From Bacteroidota bacterium (GTDB lineage Bacteria > Bacteroidota > Ignavibacteria > UBA10030 > SZUA-254): DNA of 55,424 nucleotides. The translations under genes and the position numbers were made by a program. The notes under the pieces are model-generated. The model searched no databases and had not been told where the DNA came from. It was given only the letters and a program-made list of their open reading frames with translations. The stretch spans positions 1 through 55,424 of the forward strand of contig JASEHD010000001.1 in the NCBI GenBank assembly GCA_030019075.1, in the 5' to 3' direction. This document shows positions 1-10,427 of this stretch, piece by piece. Within the stretch, counting starts at the first letter, position 1. Every line of letters begins with the position of its first letter.

Positions 1-9
1 TTTCTTCAT
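1..9 (-). CDS. 5' end (MKK...) of a TPP-riboswitch-controlled gene running off the left edge
   Basis: ATG at 9 on the minus strand with GGAG RBS at 18-21, directly downstream of the riboswitch terminator. Confidence 0.6.
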
Positions 10-29
10 ATAGAATTCTCCTATAATAA

Positions 30-107
30 AATACAAACGCCGTTTCCCTAATTCTTCCAGCGTAGAAAGAATCAGACCTGCCCGACGGCAGGCGGGAAAA
101 CGGCGTT
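30..107 (-). terminator. Riboswitch expression-platform terminator hairpin, interrupted by a 20-nt insert at 77-96
   Basis: 36-56 pairs with 67-76 + 97-107 (21 bp including G-U on the minus strand), followed by a U-rich tail; loop CTACGCTGG is complementary to the aptamer 3' CCAGCGTAG. Confidence 0.75.
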
Positions 108-120
108 CAAGAAATATATT

Positions 121-208
121 TCCATTTTCCTACGCTGGTATTATCCAGATCAGGTATTTAGGGTTTTATCTCAGACCCGGTTTTCTCTCCGGGACACCCC
201 TAACGGAT
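121..208 (-). promoter_or_regulatory. TPP (THI-box) riboswitch aptamer
   Basis: Minus strand reads GGGGTG...CTGAGA..AACCC..ACCTGATCTGGATAATACCAGCGTAGGAA, the canonical TPP consensus. Confidence 0.95.
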
Positions 209-217
209 TACAGTTAA

Positions 218-246
218 AATATAATGTTTGTCTAACTTGGATGCAA
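218..246 (-). promoter_or_regulatory. sigma70-type promoter for the TPP leader
   Basis: TTGCAT-N17-TATATT on the minus strand just upstream of the aptamer. Confidence 0.65.
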
Positions 247-288
247 ATCCACGATTTGAATCATCAGAAATCTAAAGGAAAAAGAAAC

Positions 289-1800
289 GTTGCCTCATAT
301 AAGAATCTATATGAAAATTAATAAACTTAGGTTGTTATCCAACAAACATTACACGATTTGCTTGGCTATTAAGCAAATCAGGACATCCGTAAAGAATAAT
401 CTGACAAACCCACCAGAACGGCATTGTCGGGCTGGTATCAAAACAGGAGACAGCCATGAAACAATTAACTTTAAAGGAACGCAGAATTATGACTAAAGCA
501 TTTGCACGACGTTACCAGCAGGCAACGAAAAAACAAAAAACTCTTATCCTTGATCAATTCTGTTCAAGCACAGGATATGCACGAGCATATGCATCTTTTC
601 TTCTCCATAACTGGTGACGAAAAGTCAAACTTACCATCAGGGGTGTTAGAACAATATATGAGTTCGGTTGCCCAACAAAAAAACGCACCAGACGATATCG
701 TCCACGCAAATACGATGAGCGTGTCGACAGAGCTTTGAAACTCATCTGGTACATAGCCGATGGTATCTGTGGCAAACGACTTGCCCAATTCATTCGTGAT
801 ACCGTGCCTGTGCTCGAACGATTCGAAGAGATCACACTTGATGCCGATACTCGTTCTAAGTTGCTTACTATCAGTCCGGCAACAATTGATCGTCATCTCA
901 CTTCTGAACGGAAAAAGTCTCAGATAAAAGGTCGATCCACAACAAAACCGGGGACACTCCTAAAACACCACATCCCTATTCGCACATTCGCACAGTGGGA
1001 TGAACAAAAGCCAGGTTTTGTTGAAATCGACCTCGTATCGCACGAAGGTGGCTATTTTGAGGGTGATAATATCTACACCCTCGATGTTACTGATGTCTGT
1101 ACTACTTGGACTGAAACACGTGCCATAAAAAACAAAGCTCAAAAATGGGTCTTCGAAGCTCTCGAACAGATTATTACAAACCTTCCTTTCCCATTACGTG
1201 GCATCGATTCAGACAATGGTAGCGAGTTTATTAACAATCATCTCCTGCGGTACTGTCAACAACACAAACTCACTTTCACCCGCCACGGCGGGTTCACACG
1301 CAGTCGTGAGTATCGAAAAAACGATAACTGTTTTGTTGAACAAAAAAACTTCTCCATCGTTCGTAGAACTGTCGGCTATTACCGCTTCGACACCGACGAG
1401 GAACTCCAATTGATGAATAGCATTTACGATACCCTGCGGCTCTACACTAACTTCTTTTTACCTACTATGAAGCTCAAACAAAAAATTCGTACTGGCAGCC
1501 AAGTCAAACGTCTATATGACAAACCAGTTACTCCTTTTAAGCGTGTCCTCCAACACACGGCTGTCTCTAAGACACTCAAACAGAAACTTAGCATTCTATA
1601 TCCTACTTTAAATCCTGCTCAACTCAAACGGACACTCATTAAACTCCAAGATCGTTTGTTCTTTATCGCAGAATCAAAATCTAAACATAAACCGCTGAAC
1701 CGTAAACAATTATCATCGTTACCATATGACAAGCATTCTTCTTATATTTCTCATGCCTCTCACCCGGGGCCACTTCATCTAGAAATTTAAATGAGGCAAT
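289..1800 (+). mobile_element. Insertion sequence (DDE/integrase-core, ISNCY-like)
   Basis: Imperfect terminal IRs gttgcctcatataagaatcta (289-309) and tagaaatttaaatgaggcaat (1780-1800), 16/21 match, enclosing a transposase; exact ends uncertain. Confidence 0.7.
456..1790 (+). pseudogene. Integrase-core (rve/DDE) transposase with one in-frame TGA at 615-617
   Basis: ATG 456 (GGAG RBS) is in frame with ORF 735-1790; motifs EIDLVSH, GIDSDNGSEFIN, KNDNCFVEQKN; ...HNW*RKV... nonsense codon. Confidence 0.85.
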
Positions 1801-1847
1801 AAAATCCATTGTATCCAAAGACTTAATGTAAATAGAACTTTCTATGG

Positions 1848-3092
1848 CTAAGATGGATTACCGATCTTACTAATGAACAGCACGGTTGAAGATGGGGCAT
1901 CTCGGATAACAAACACGAAAGGTTTGTTCAAATTCATTATAATACGTGATGGCAATGAAACACGGTCAATTATCACAACCGTGACTGCGGCTGCTTCTGT
2001 TCCTTCTTCATTTACATCTACGTAAGATTTGTGTATGACCTTACTAATAAACAGTGGGACGTTTTTGTTAATACGGCTGAAATCAGCCATTCCTCCTGAA
2101 AACGCAATTCCCATACCCATGGAGGTTAAGACGTCATTCATAGTTAGATCATATTCGACTTTAAATTTAGGTAATGAAAGTTCAACTTCCGCACTATCAA
2201 GTTTGTTGATCCAATCAAGCAGCGATTGATCGTTCAATCCAGAAATGAAGGCATCAATCGAAACAGAAGGTTTGGGCAGCATTACCGTCATCCGAAAATC
2301 ACCAATACTGTATGGTAGGTCAATTACCTGAACATTACTATCTTCATAGTATAAATATTTACTCGTTTGATTCATCATCCGAACGGTTTTCTTTGATCCA
2401 TCGCTGCATGTAAATTCACCATCCCGTGTCTTTGTTGTATCAAACTGGAACGTCCATGTACCTTTGAAGTAAATAGCATTGATCAAGTACATCACCGTTG
2501 ACCAGGGAATTGGTGGTTGGATAACTTCCTTTATTTTTTCCCGCGTTTTCTTGCTTACCCAAGCATTGATTATATCGGCAGATGTTGGATTACTAAAATC
2601 TAACGAAGCCACTTCTGCATCAAAGTAAGTTCTATTAGTTTGAATAAATTCTTCTTCGACTGGAAAATCATTGCGATGCCAGATAGAATTTGCAATTGTG
2701 AAAATAACTTTGGTGTCAAGGTTTGTGAGAAGATTCGTCAGACCTTTATACGATTCATTGATCTCTTGATTAGTCAAACCGTTAAGTTCAAGTGTTTTTT
2801 GCATCGAATCATAAGTTGCACCGGATGCACCGTTGAGCGTCATGCCAAGAGCATACGATACACTAAGCGGAGAAATGAAAATATTTGGTTTGTTATCGAG
2901 TTCGTTAATTTTTCCAAAAAGTTTTAAGCCAAAAACATTTGTAGAACCAACGAGCTGCTGTTCATGTGTAGTAAGTTGACGCCTCGTTTGTTGGGGTGGT
3001 GGTTGGGGAACATTTGTTCCAGTATCCCTACATTCGATGTGAAGCATACTCAATAAGAGAATGCAAATAGTTAGAATTGGAATTCTATTCAT
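1848..3092 (-). CDS. Serpin family protease inhibitor, probable lipoprotein
   Basis: NIFISPLS, LINAIYFKGTW, hinge EEGTEAAAVT, NKPFVFVIRD; N-terminal signal peptide ending in Cys. Confidence 0.95.
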   Translation of the reverse strand: MNRIPILTICILLLSMLHIECRDTGTNVPQPPPQQTRRQLTTHEQQLVGSTNVFGLKLFGKINELDNKPNIFISPLSVSYALGMTLNGASGATYDSMQKTLELNGLTNQEINESYKGLTNLLTNLDTKVIFTIANSIWHRNDFPVEEEFIQTNRTYFDAEVASLDFSNPTSADIINAWVSKKTREKIKEVIQPPIPWSTVMYLINAIYFKGTWTFQFDTTKTRDGEFTCSDGSKKTVRMMNQTSKYLYYEDSNVQVIDLPYSIGDFRMTVMLPKPSVSIDAFISGLNDQSLLDWINKLDSAEVELSLPKFKVEYDLTMNDVLTSMGMGIAFSGGMADFSRINKNVPLFISKVIHKSYVDVNEEGTEAAAVTVVIIDRVSLPSRIIMNLNKPFVFVIRDAPSSTVLFISKIGNPS

Positions 3093-3607
3093 GGTTTTTT
3101 CTCCTTATAAATATTAATCCGATTTCCTAAGGACTGAAGACGTTACTAATAAAATAGTAATTCCTACAATGAAAATCAACTGCAAAGCGCTGGTGTAGGT
3201 TATCAGCCAACAAAAGAAATAAAAACCCGACTCGGTTTAGGGTTAAGGGAAATTATCACAAACAAATACAATCAATATTCTGACGACCCTAAAACAACCG
3301 ATAAGGTTGAAAATACATCAATCGATGGCGGTATGGAATCGGTTACGAATGTTGAATTGTTCGTAATAATACCTCGATAACAGCTAAGATAAGTAAATAC
3401 ATCACAGCCATATTAAATCTTCGGTTGATTAACGAGAAGCGAGTATCGCCTCGCACCCAGATAAAAGAGACGATTGCTTTAGGTTTGAGTTACACGATTT
3501 TTTAACTAATATGTTTGATCCTGTGCCGAGAACAATCGCAGAATTGGAACTCTCTAAAAATTTTCTTATATTTTTACACAGTTTTTATATTAATAAGGAA
3601 ATTATTC

Positions 3608-3862
3608 ATGGCAAAACATTTATCAGCGGAACGACAGGCAAGAAAAGCATTAAAAAGGCGAGCGATTAATAGAGCTTATATGTCGAAGATGAAGACTTCG
3701 CTTCGTCACGTCCGTGAATTACAAGATAAAGAAAAAGCAACAGGGGAACTAAAAAAGGCAGTTAAACTCCTGGATCGGCTTGCAGCGAAAGGTATTATTC
3801 ATAAAAATAATGCCGCTAATAAAAAATCGAGCCTAACGAAATTTGTTAACTCGTTAAAATGA
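3608..3862 (+). CDS. rpsT: 30S ribosomal protein S20
   Basis: MAKHLSAERQARKALKRR...KGIIHKNNAANKKSSL; start reassigned to ATG 3608. Confidence 0.95.
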   Translation: MAKHLSAERQARKALKRRAINRAYMSKMKTSLRHVRELQDKEKATGELKKAVKLLDRLAAKGIIHKNNAANKKSSLTKFVNSLK

Positions 3863-3883
3863 TTTAGGGCATTGTACAAATTT

Positions 3884-3911
3884 AAAAGCCCCGATGATCA
3901 CGGGGCTTTTT
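3884..3911. terminator. Bidirectional intrinsic terminator
   Basis: aaaagccccg-atgatca-cggggctttt between convergent genes. Confidence 0.85.
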
Positions 3912-4905
3912 AATTCTGATTCTGGGAGAGCTCCCCCTGAATGTTTCCTTCCAATTCTAAAATTCTCTTCTCAATTTCTTCCCCAAGCTCAGGTCTATTT
4001 TGTTTAAGTAATCGGTATGTTAATATGGCTTCTATATATTCACCTTGCGAGGCGTAAATCTCGGCAAGTGTCCCGCTGACGATCCGACCATCATCTTCAT
4101 CCGTTTTTAGTATAACGGGTTCAATGTAAACATCATTGTCAGCTATCTGGTTCTCGGTTTGCGAATCAACGTCATGCTCTTGGTTTTCACTTATTTCTAT
4201 CGTGTCTTCGTCAGATGAAACTGGCTGCTCGATTTCTGTTTTCGCTTCGATTAATTCTAATTTATCGGATTCATTATTGGCGATAAATGTTTCTTGAGTG
4301 GAAGGAATATCTGCAACAGCTTGAATGATTTCATTTTTATCTGTGGATTCGATCGGGATTTCGGTTTCAATTGTTGGAACTGCGATCAAATTTTCCTCAG
4401 TACATGCAGATTCATGTCCAATCTCTAAAGATAGATTCGTTTCCTCAAGAATTTTTGATTGCTCGATTTCTATAGCAGGACATAAAACAATCGGTTCTTC
4501 AGTGTTGGTCGAATCATATTCCTCAACTGAAGGATATTCGATTAGCTGTTGGGCTGAAAGATTGTCTTCAATTTGTAGATTTGTGTTTAAACTATCGGGT
4601 GTTTGTTCTGAATCGATAAAATCTTGTATTTCAGATCGAAGCGAGATTAGTGTTGTCGTATTCGGGTTGAGTGAAATTGCGTAGTCGATTGATTCGAGTG
4701 CTGCAGTGTAATCTTGGTCTTTAACATAACACTCGGCTAATGCAAAATGTGCTGTTATGTATTGCGGATATATTTCTAATCCTGAGATGCAAAGTTTTTT
4801 CGCTTCCTGATTTTTTCCGGCCATCAGATACTCGTGGACAAGTCGTGCGAAGAGCGGTGAAAACGGGCGGCGTACCAGCTTATGTTCTAAGTATTCGATT
4901 GTCAA
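3910..4905 (-). CDS. TPR-containing protein with acidic linker
   Basis: N-terminal TPR helices, E/D-rich middle, C-terminal TLAEIYASQGEY motif. Confidence 0.75.
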   Translation of the reverse strand: MTIEYLEHKLVRRPFSPLFARLVHEYLMAGKNQEAKKLCISGLEIYPQYITAHFALAECYVKDQDYTAALESIDYAISLNPNTTTLISLRSEIQDFIDSEQTPDSLNTNLQIEDNLSAQQLIEYPSVEEYDSTNTEEPIVLCPAIEIEQSKILEETNLSLEIGHESACTEENLIAVPTIETEIPIESTDKNEIIQAVADIPSTQETFIANNESDKLELIEAKTEIEQPVSSDEDTIEISENQEHDVDSQTENQIADNDVYIEPVILKTDEDDGRIVSGTLAEIYASQGEYIEAILTYRLLKQNRPELGEEIEKRILELEGNIQGELSQNQN

Positions 4906-6378
4906 TTATTTTACCATCGATAGTTTACGAGCCATCCAGGCATGTCGAATCGAAAGCCATGCGACGAGACCGAATCCCATCGTAAAAAGTAGCTGAAACG
5001 GCAGGGCGGCAATTTCTAAATAATAGATTGAGGATATCACACCAAAAAAACAATACATCGCTAAGAGCAGCTCGATGATGACGGTATAGTTAAACTTCTT
5101 GAGAACGTATTTTTTATCAAGCCAGGTATCTTTTTTGTCGATCACGGAATATTTTGGTGTTCTCACAAACTCAGATTTTTTCTTAATTAACCCTTCGATA
5201 ACAGCTTTTGTGTTGTTTACCGCGAATCCCATACTGCCTGCCATAAAGAGGGGGAAGAGCAGCATTCGTTTTCGCCAATCATGATAGACATCCTTTTGAG
5301 AGTAAAGGTAGAAGAGGAACGAGCCAATAAAAGCAAACACGAATATCGCCATGATAGCGAAGTATGTTTCGTACCCACCTTGATGTTTAATAAAAATAAG
5401 TGGAACGTTTAATATGCCTGCGAGTAAAATAAATGGGAAAACAATATTGTTAGAAAGATGAAATGTTGCGTGAAGTTTCTTTTCAAATGGAAGATCAGAT
5501 TTCCAGACGCGGGGAAGAATTTTTCGCGCCGTTTCAATTGCACCTTTCGTCCATCTAAATTGCTGTGATTTCAATGCATTGATTTCCGATGGCAGCTCGG
5601 CAGGAGATGTAACATCATTTAAGAATTTAAATTTCCATCCGCGCAATTGTGCCCGATAGCTTAAATCTAAATCTTCGGTTAGAGTGTCAGCTTCCCAGTT
5701 GCCCGCATCGAAGATACATTCTTTACGCCAGATGCCACCCGTACCATTGAAATTGATAAAGAACCCTGCTTTATTCCTTACATTTTGTTCAATAACGAAA
5801 TGTCCATCGAGCGCCATTGCCTGGATACGAGTCAGAAATGAATACTCTCTATTGAGATGTTCCCATCTGGTTTGAACCAGCCCAACTTTTCGATTTTGAT
5901 AGAAATATGGTAATGTATCATTAAGGAAATTTTTTGGTGGGATGAAATCTGCGTCAAAAATAGAAATAAACTCACCGCGTGCAGTGATGAGTCCATATTT
6001 AAGAGCACCCGCTTTAAAACCATCGCGTGAACCACGTCTCACATGCTTAATGTCGAATCCTTGGTTCTGGTATTGATCCACAAGCTCTTTTATGAGATCT
6101 GTTGTCTCGTCCGTAGAATCATCGAGCACTTGAAACTCAATCTTCTCTTTAGGGTAGTCGATTGCGCATGCTGCCTTCAACAACCTGTCGACAACATAAT
6201 ATTCATTATAGACTGGTAATTGAATTGTAACCTCAGGGAATTCCTTTAACTCACCCGCAGATTCATGTTTTTTATCTCTATGTTTGAGATAATAGAAAAT
6301 CATTACGAAGCCGCTCGAACCAAAAAGAAAGAGAATTGAAAGAGAGAAGAAATATGTACCAATTATAAAATCTTGCAT
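4906..6378 (-). CDS. GT2 cellulose-synthase-like membrane glycosyltransferase
   Basis: QLPVYNE, FDADF, TEDLDL, QQFRW (QxxRW) motifs and TM helices. Confidence 0.9.
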   Translation of the reverse strand: MQDFIIGTYFFSLSILFLFGSSGFVMIFYYLKHRDKKHESAGELKEFPEVTIQLPVYNEYYVVDRLLKAACAIDYPKEKIEFQVLDDSTDETTDLIKELVDQYQNQGFDIKHVRRGSRDGFKAGALKYGLITARGEFISIFDADFIPPKNFLNDTLPYFYQNRKVGLVQTRWEHLNREYSFLTRIQAMALDGHFVIEQNVRNKAGFFINFNGTGGIWRKECIFDAGNWEADTLTEDLDLSYRAQLRGWKFKFLNDVTSPAELPSEINALKSQQFRWTKGAIETARKILPRVWKSDLPFEKKLHATFHLSNNIVFPFILLAGILNVPLIFIKHQGGYETYFAIMAIFVFAFIGSFLFYLYSQKDVYHDWRKRMLLFPLFMAGSMGFAVNNTKAVIEGLIKKKSEFVRTPKYSVIDKKDTWLDKKYVLKKFNYTVIIELLLAMYCFFGVISSIYYLEIAALPFQLLFTMGFGLVAWLSIRHAWMARKLSMVK

Positions 6379-6407
6379 GGATGTAATTTTACGCCTTTAT
6401 CTTGTTT

Positions 6408-6911
6408 TTACCAGTTAGTAACAGTCTGTAGCAGGATGTCTTCACACAACTTTTCGTTTGCGGTACTAATGCTCGCCTCACGATCTATTGCACCACCGCT
6501 GATCTGATAATCTGCCCACTGTGAAAATTGTTTTTCCCAAACCTTTTTTTTCAATTTCATATCTTGATAAGTTACTTTCACAGTAACAGTTATACGTGAT
6601 TTACTGACGGTTTCACCTGCTGTAACAACTTGTGGTTGATCTGTCATTGCTACGATGATTCCTTCGAGGATTGAATCTGCGGTTGTCTTATCGGCAATCG
6701 CCAAGCTGTTATCTTGTCGGAATTTTTCGATCAATTTATTAGTCAATATTTCACGTAAATTAGGTTCACCGGATCCACTTTGATCATCAAATAATGGAAT
6801 CGCTATAGTCTGAAGATGTGGTGGAACAGAAGCCCCTGTAAACGAGTAACATCCGATAAAATGTATTAACGAAAAAATTACCGCAGTTAGAATGACGTTC
6901 ATCTTATGCAT
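6408..6911 (-). CDS. lptE: LptE-like LPS-assembly lipoprotein
   Basis: Lipobox FIGC followed by YSFTGAS; typical FCB position after the sigma54 regulator. Confidence 0.7.
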   Translation of the reverse strand: MHKMNVILTAVIFSLIHFIGCYSFTGASVPPHLQTIAIPLFDDQSGSGEPNLREILTNKLIEKFRQDNSLAIADKTTADSILEGIIVAMTDQPQVVTAGETVSKSRITVTVKVTYQDMKLKKKVWEKQFSQWADYQISGGAIDREASISTANEKLCEDILLQTVTNW

Positions 6912-8031
6912 CTAAATTGTACTCTTTTATTTTTCTGTACAATGTTCTCTCGCTTATGTTCAATGCTTTAGAAGCAAGGCGTCGATTCCCTTTAAAACGG
7001 TCTAACGCACCTATGATCGCCCTCTTCTCAATTTTTTCCACTGGTTCAATAGGGGGACCCTCATCAGGGTTAGCTGCATCGAATGATGCTTCGACGAAAC
7101 GTGAATCAATGCGTGTTCCATTTTGATGATTCAATATAGTTTTTATTTCATTGATATCGCTTTTCATCTCGAGCAATGCTCGAAGTATCAATTCTCGTTC
7201 AGCTTGGTCTAAACTTTTATGAGTATAGACGGGTAAATTTCTATTTTCTTCATGTACAGTATCTTTAATATACTTCCTAAGATCGGTGGCTTTAATCCGT
7301 TTACCGTGCTCGATAATAATTATGCTTTCAATTACGTTACGCAGCTCTCGAACGTTGCCGTGCCAGTGATAGTTTTTAAGCAATTCCCTGGCTTCGTTAG
7401 AAAAGCCCTCAAATACAATATTGTTTTTCTCACAAATTTGTTTTGCAAACTCATCTGCAAAAAGCAATATATCTTCTCTCCGTTCGCGCAGCGGTGGGAT
7501 GCGGATATTGATTGACCGCAATCGAAAATATAAATCAGCCCGAAAGTTTCCTTGTCGTACCGCAGATTCTAAATCTCTATTAGTCGCTGCTATTATTCTG
7601 ACGTCAACTTTCCTTGGTGTTGCTGAGCCGACTCGCATATATTCACCACTCTCAAGTACACGCAGGAACTTCACCTGTGTCGCCAAAGGTAATTCACCAA
7701 TTTCATCAAGAAGAATTGTTCCATCATCAGCAAGCTCGAAGTATCCTTTCCGTGTTTCTCCTGCACCGGTAAATGCGCCCTTTTCGTGTCCGAACAATTC
7801 GCTTTCAATAATTCCCTCAGGGATGGCGCCGGCGTTTACCGAGATCATAGGTTTAGAGGCACGCCTGCTCAATTGATGAATTGTTTTAGCGATAACTTCT
7901 TTCCCCGTTCCGCTCTCACCCGTTAATAGTACGGTTATATCAGTAGGAGCAACCTGCTGTATGACACTGAAAATTTCTTTTATCTCAACCGAATTGCCGA
8001 TGATACCAAATTGTTGTTGACGCTGATCCAA
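6904..8031 (-). CDS. Sigma-54-dependent transcriptional regulator (AAA+ plus Fis HTH, no receiver domain)
   Basis: [32 protein letters not shown]-terminal HTH. Confidence 0.93.
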   Translation of the reverse strand: MDQRQQQFGIIGNSVEIKEIFSVIQQVAPTDITVLLTGESGTGKEVIAKTIHQLSRRASKPMISVNAGAIPEGIIESELFGHEKGAFTGAGETRKGYFELADDGTILLDEIGELPLATQVKFLRVLESGEYMRVGSATPRKVDVRIIAATNRDLESAVRQGNFRADLYFRLRSINIRIPPLRERREDILLFADEFAKQICEKNNIVFEGFSNEARELLKNYHWHGNVRELRNVIESIIIIEHGKRIKATDLRKYIKDTVHEENRNLPVYTHKSLDQAERELILRALLEMKSDINEIKTILNHQNGTRIDSRFVEASFDAANPDEGPPIEPVEKIEKRAIIGALDRFKGNRRLASKALNISERTLYRKIKEYNLDA

Positions 8032-8034
8032 TAT

Positions 8035-8865
8035 TCAATACCTCTCGACTATCATGGAATCTAATTTATATTTCTTCTTAATCTCTTTGACCATATCACG
8101 AGCTTCTTCGATCGTTGAGAAACTTCCAACCCAAACCAGGTACATGTTCCGCCCGTTTCGGATTTTATTCGTTATCTCAACTTTGTATCCCAGATCATCA
8201 AAATATTTTTTTTGCTTCTCAGCATTTACTATCGTAGAATACGCCCCAACCTGCACTGTATATGGTTCGCTTACCGATACCGGCAGTGTAGGAGTTTGCG
8301 TTGGTTGTTTACTCGGTGGCGGTTCTATTGTTTGGGGGATTTCTTGTGTTTCTGTTGTAATCACTTCTTTCTCAGGAAGTTTCACGGGCATTTCTTCTTG
8401 AGGAGGAATTATGGGTTCAGGTTTTCCGGTCACGTATGGGGAGTTTGGATATTCTTTCTTTAGCTGCTGCATTTTCAGGTCAGCGGTACGGTACAAACCA
8501 AGTGAATAGTAATACTGGTGAATCCGATAGAGTGCATCATCCGCCCACTCGCTTTTCGAGAAGTTATCAACGGTACCCTGATAAAATTTTACCGCTTCAA
8601 TACCATCGGTCGCTAATCTGCCCTGTAGATATAGGATGCCAGGTTCATTCTGATATTTTGAAACGAGGTCAGGTAAAATTTTTCGTACTTCTTCCGATTG
8701 TCCCTTATCTACCTTCTCAATCGCATCGCGAATTTCCTCTTCACGTGATTGTGCCAAGAGCGGTGAGCTGTGAGCAATGAGCAGAGAGCAGAGAGATAAA
8801 AATAACAAACCTAATATCCAATATCTAACATCTAACATCTTCTCAACGAGTTGAGTTGTCAACAT
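8035..8865 (-). CDS. Exported TPR + SPOR-domain protein
   Basis: Signal peptide, TPR (ADDALYR..YPNSPY), Pro-rich linker, SPOR domain (YTVQVGAY..VWVGSF). Confidence 0.85.
   Translation of the reverse strand: MLTTQLVEKMLDVRYWILGLLFLSLCSLLIAHSSPLLAQSREEEIRDAIEKVDKGQSEEVRKILPDLVSKYQNEPGILYLQGRLATDGIEAVKFYQGTVDNFSKSEWADDALYRIHQYYYSLGLYRTADLKMQQLKKEYPNSPYVTGKPEPIIPPQEEMPVKLPEKEVITTETQEIPQTIEPPPSKQPTQTPTLPVSVSEPYTVQVGAYSTIVNAEKQKKYFDDLGYKVEITNKIRNGRNMYLVWVGSFSTIEEARDMVKEIKKKYKLDSMIVERY
8764..8840. repeat. Two blocks of 7-bp tandem repeats in the SPOR-gene 5' end
   Basis: tgagctg/tgagcaa/tgagcag/agagcag (8764-8791) and aatatcc/aatatct/aacatct/aacatct (8813-8840). Confidence 0.75.
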
Positions 8866-10214
8866 AATGTTACCTCCTTGGTTTTGTTTTGTTCTATTGT
8901 TCCAAATAATGTCGCTGAATTTGTTTGATTGATTTTCAGATTTATGTAATCACCGATTTTAAACTCACCTTTTTGGAAAATAACCATTTTATTCCCTTCA
9001 TTTCGTCCCTGCCATTCAGAAGCAGATTTTTTACTCCTACCCTCAACCAGTACTTCAACAACTTTACCAATATTTGAATGATTAATCTGAGCGGAGATTC
9101 GGTTTTGTAAATCAATAATTTCATTGATCCGGCGTGTCTTAGTTTCATTTGATACATCATCCCCCATTTTATATGCCGGTGTATTTTCTCTTGCCGAATA
9201 TTGAAACATAAAAGCTCCATCGAATCGAATCTCTTCGATTAACTCTAAAGTCTTTTTATGATCTTCATCAGCTTCAGTCGGGAATCCTACAATGAAGTCG
9301 GTAGAAATGCTTACATTTGGCATCGCAGTTCTAATTTTATCAATGAGATACCGATAATGTTTGCTATCATAATTTCGATTCATCAACTCCAAAATTCTGT
9401 CGGAGGCAGATTGAATAGGTAAATGGATATATTTACAAATGTTTTTATGCTCGGCGATTGTTTCTATGAGTTCATCCGAAATATCTTGCGGATGGGATGT
9501 TGTAAATCTAATTCTCATCGTTCTATCAACCGAAGCAACTGCACTCAATAAGTGATCGAATTTATTATTTCGATCTTGATAAGAATTTACATTTTGTCCA
9601 AGGAGGGTAATTTCTTTAAAACCCCGTTTTGCAAGACTCTCAACTTCTTGAATTATACTTACGAGCGGACGACTCCGTTCCCGACCGCGTGTGAAAGGTA
9701 CCACACAAAACGAGCAAAATTTATCACAACCCCGCATGACTGAAATCCAAGCACTAATTCCATTGGTACGGAGTGGAGAAATATCATTATAAGTTTCTAT
9801 ACGTGAAAGCTGAACAGCAATTCCTTTTTCACCATGCCATGCTTTGTGTACAAGATCGGGAAGTTTACGATATTCATCAGGTCCGACGATCAAATCAACG
9901 ATCTGTCCAACACCCTTTGCTTTTTCGGTTGTTAGATTCGAGCGCAAACGTTCCGCCATGCAGCCAAGAACACCCACAACAACATCTGGATTTTTATTTT
10001 TTATTGATTTGAATTTTCCAAGTCGTCCATAAATACGCTGTTCAGCGTGTTCACGGACGCCGCATGTGTTTACAAGAATAACGTCAGCATCGGTGATGTT
10101 CTCGGTAATTGTATAACCCTCCTCGTTCAACAAACTAAGCACAAGCTCACTGTCTGCCATATTCATCTGACAGCCATAAGTTTCGAGGTATAGCTTTTTA
10201 TTAATTTCTTGCAA
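8859..10214 (-). CDS. miaB: tRNA-2-methylthio-N6-dimethylallyladenosine synthase
   Basis: YLETYGCQMN, radical-SAM CxxxCxxC (CDKFCSFC), C-terminal TRAM domain. Confidence 0.95.
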   Translation of the reverse strand: MQEINKKLYLETYGCQMNMADSELVLSLLNEEGYTITENITDADVILVNTCGVREHAEQRIYGRLGKFKSIKNKNPDVVVGVLGCMAERLRSNLTTEKAKGVGQIVDLIVGPDEYRKLPDLVHKAWHGEKGIAVQLSRIETYNDISPLRTNGISAWISVMRGCDKFCSFCVVPFTRGRERSRPLVSIIQEVESLAKRGFKEITLLGQNVNSYQDRNNKFDHLLSAVASVDRTMRIRFTTSHPQDISDELIETIAEHKNICKYIHLPIQSASDRILELMNRNYDSKHYRYLIDKIRTAMPNVSISTDFIVGFPTEADEDHKKTLELIEEIRFDGAFMFQYSARENTPAYKMGDDVSNETKTRRINEIIDLQNRISAQINHSNIGKVVEVLVEGRSKKSASEWQGRNEGNKMVIFQKGEFKIGDYINLKINQTNSATLFGTIEQNKTKEVTLC

Positions 10215-10427
10215 TGAATGGTTTTTATTGTTGTTTTTTCGCTATTAAAGATACTGAAAATCTGTCATACAGTCAAGGATTTTACAACCTATTAAAGTAA
10301 ATTAATATTATGCGACAAAAAGGCAGTGGAAAACACATATTTCAATATCTGCCGATATTTGACATCAGGATAAATTATTATTATCTTCTATTAACAGAAA
10401 ACTAAAACTAAAACAATGGAGGTTTAT

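Noticed and set aside
615-617. TGA recoding (Sec/Trp/Gly) in the transposase
   Set aside because: TGA is used as a normal stop elsewhere (rpsT, wzm); a simple nonsense mutation in an IS is more likely
4325-8780. Antisense ORFs within the miaB operon and other long genes
   Set aside because: They are shadow frames opposite well-supported genes, with no motifs or RBS
10285-10302. 18-bp exact match to 38841-38858
   Set aside because: AT-rich, one copy lies inside a CDS, and there is no element between them; probably chance
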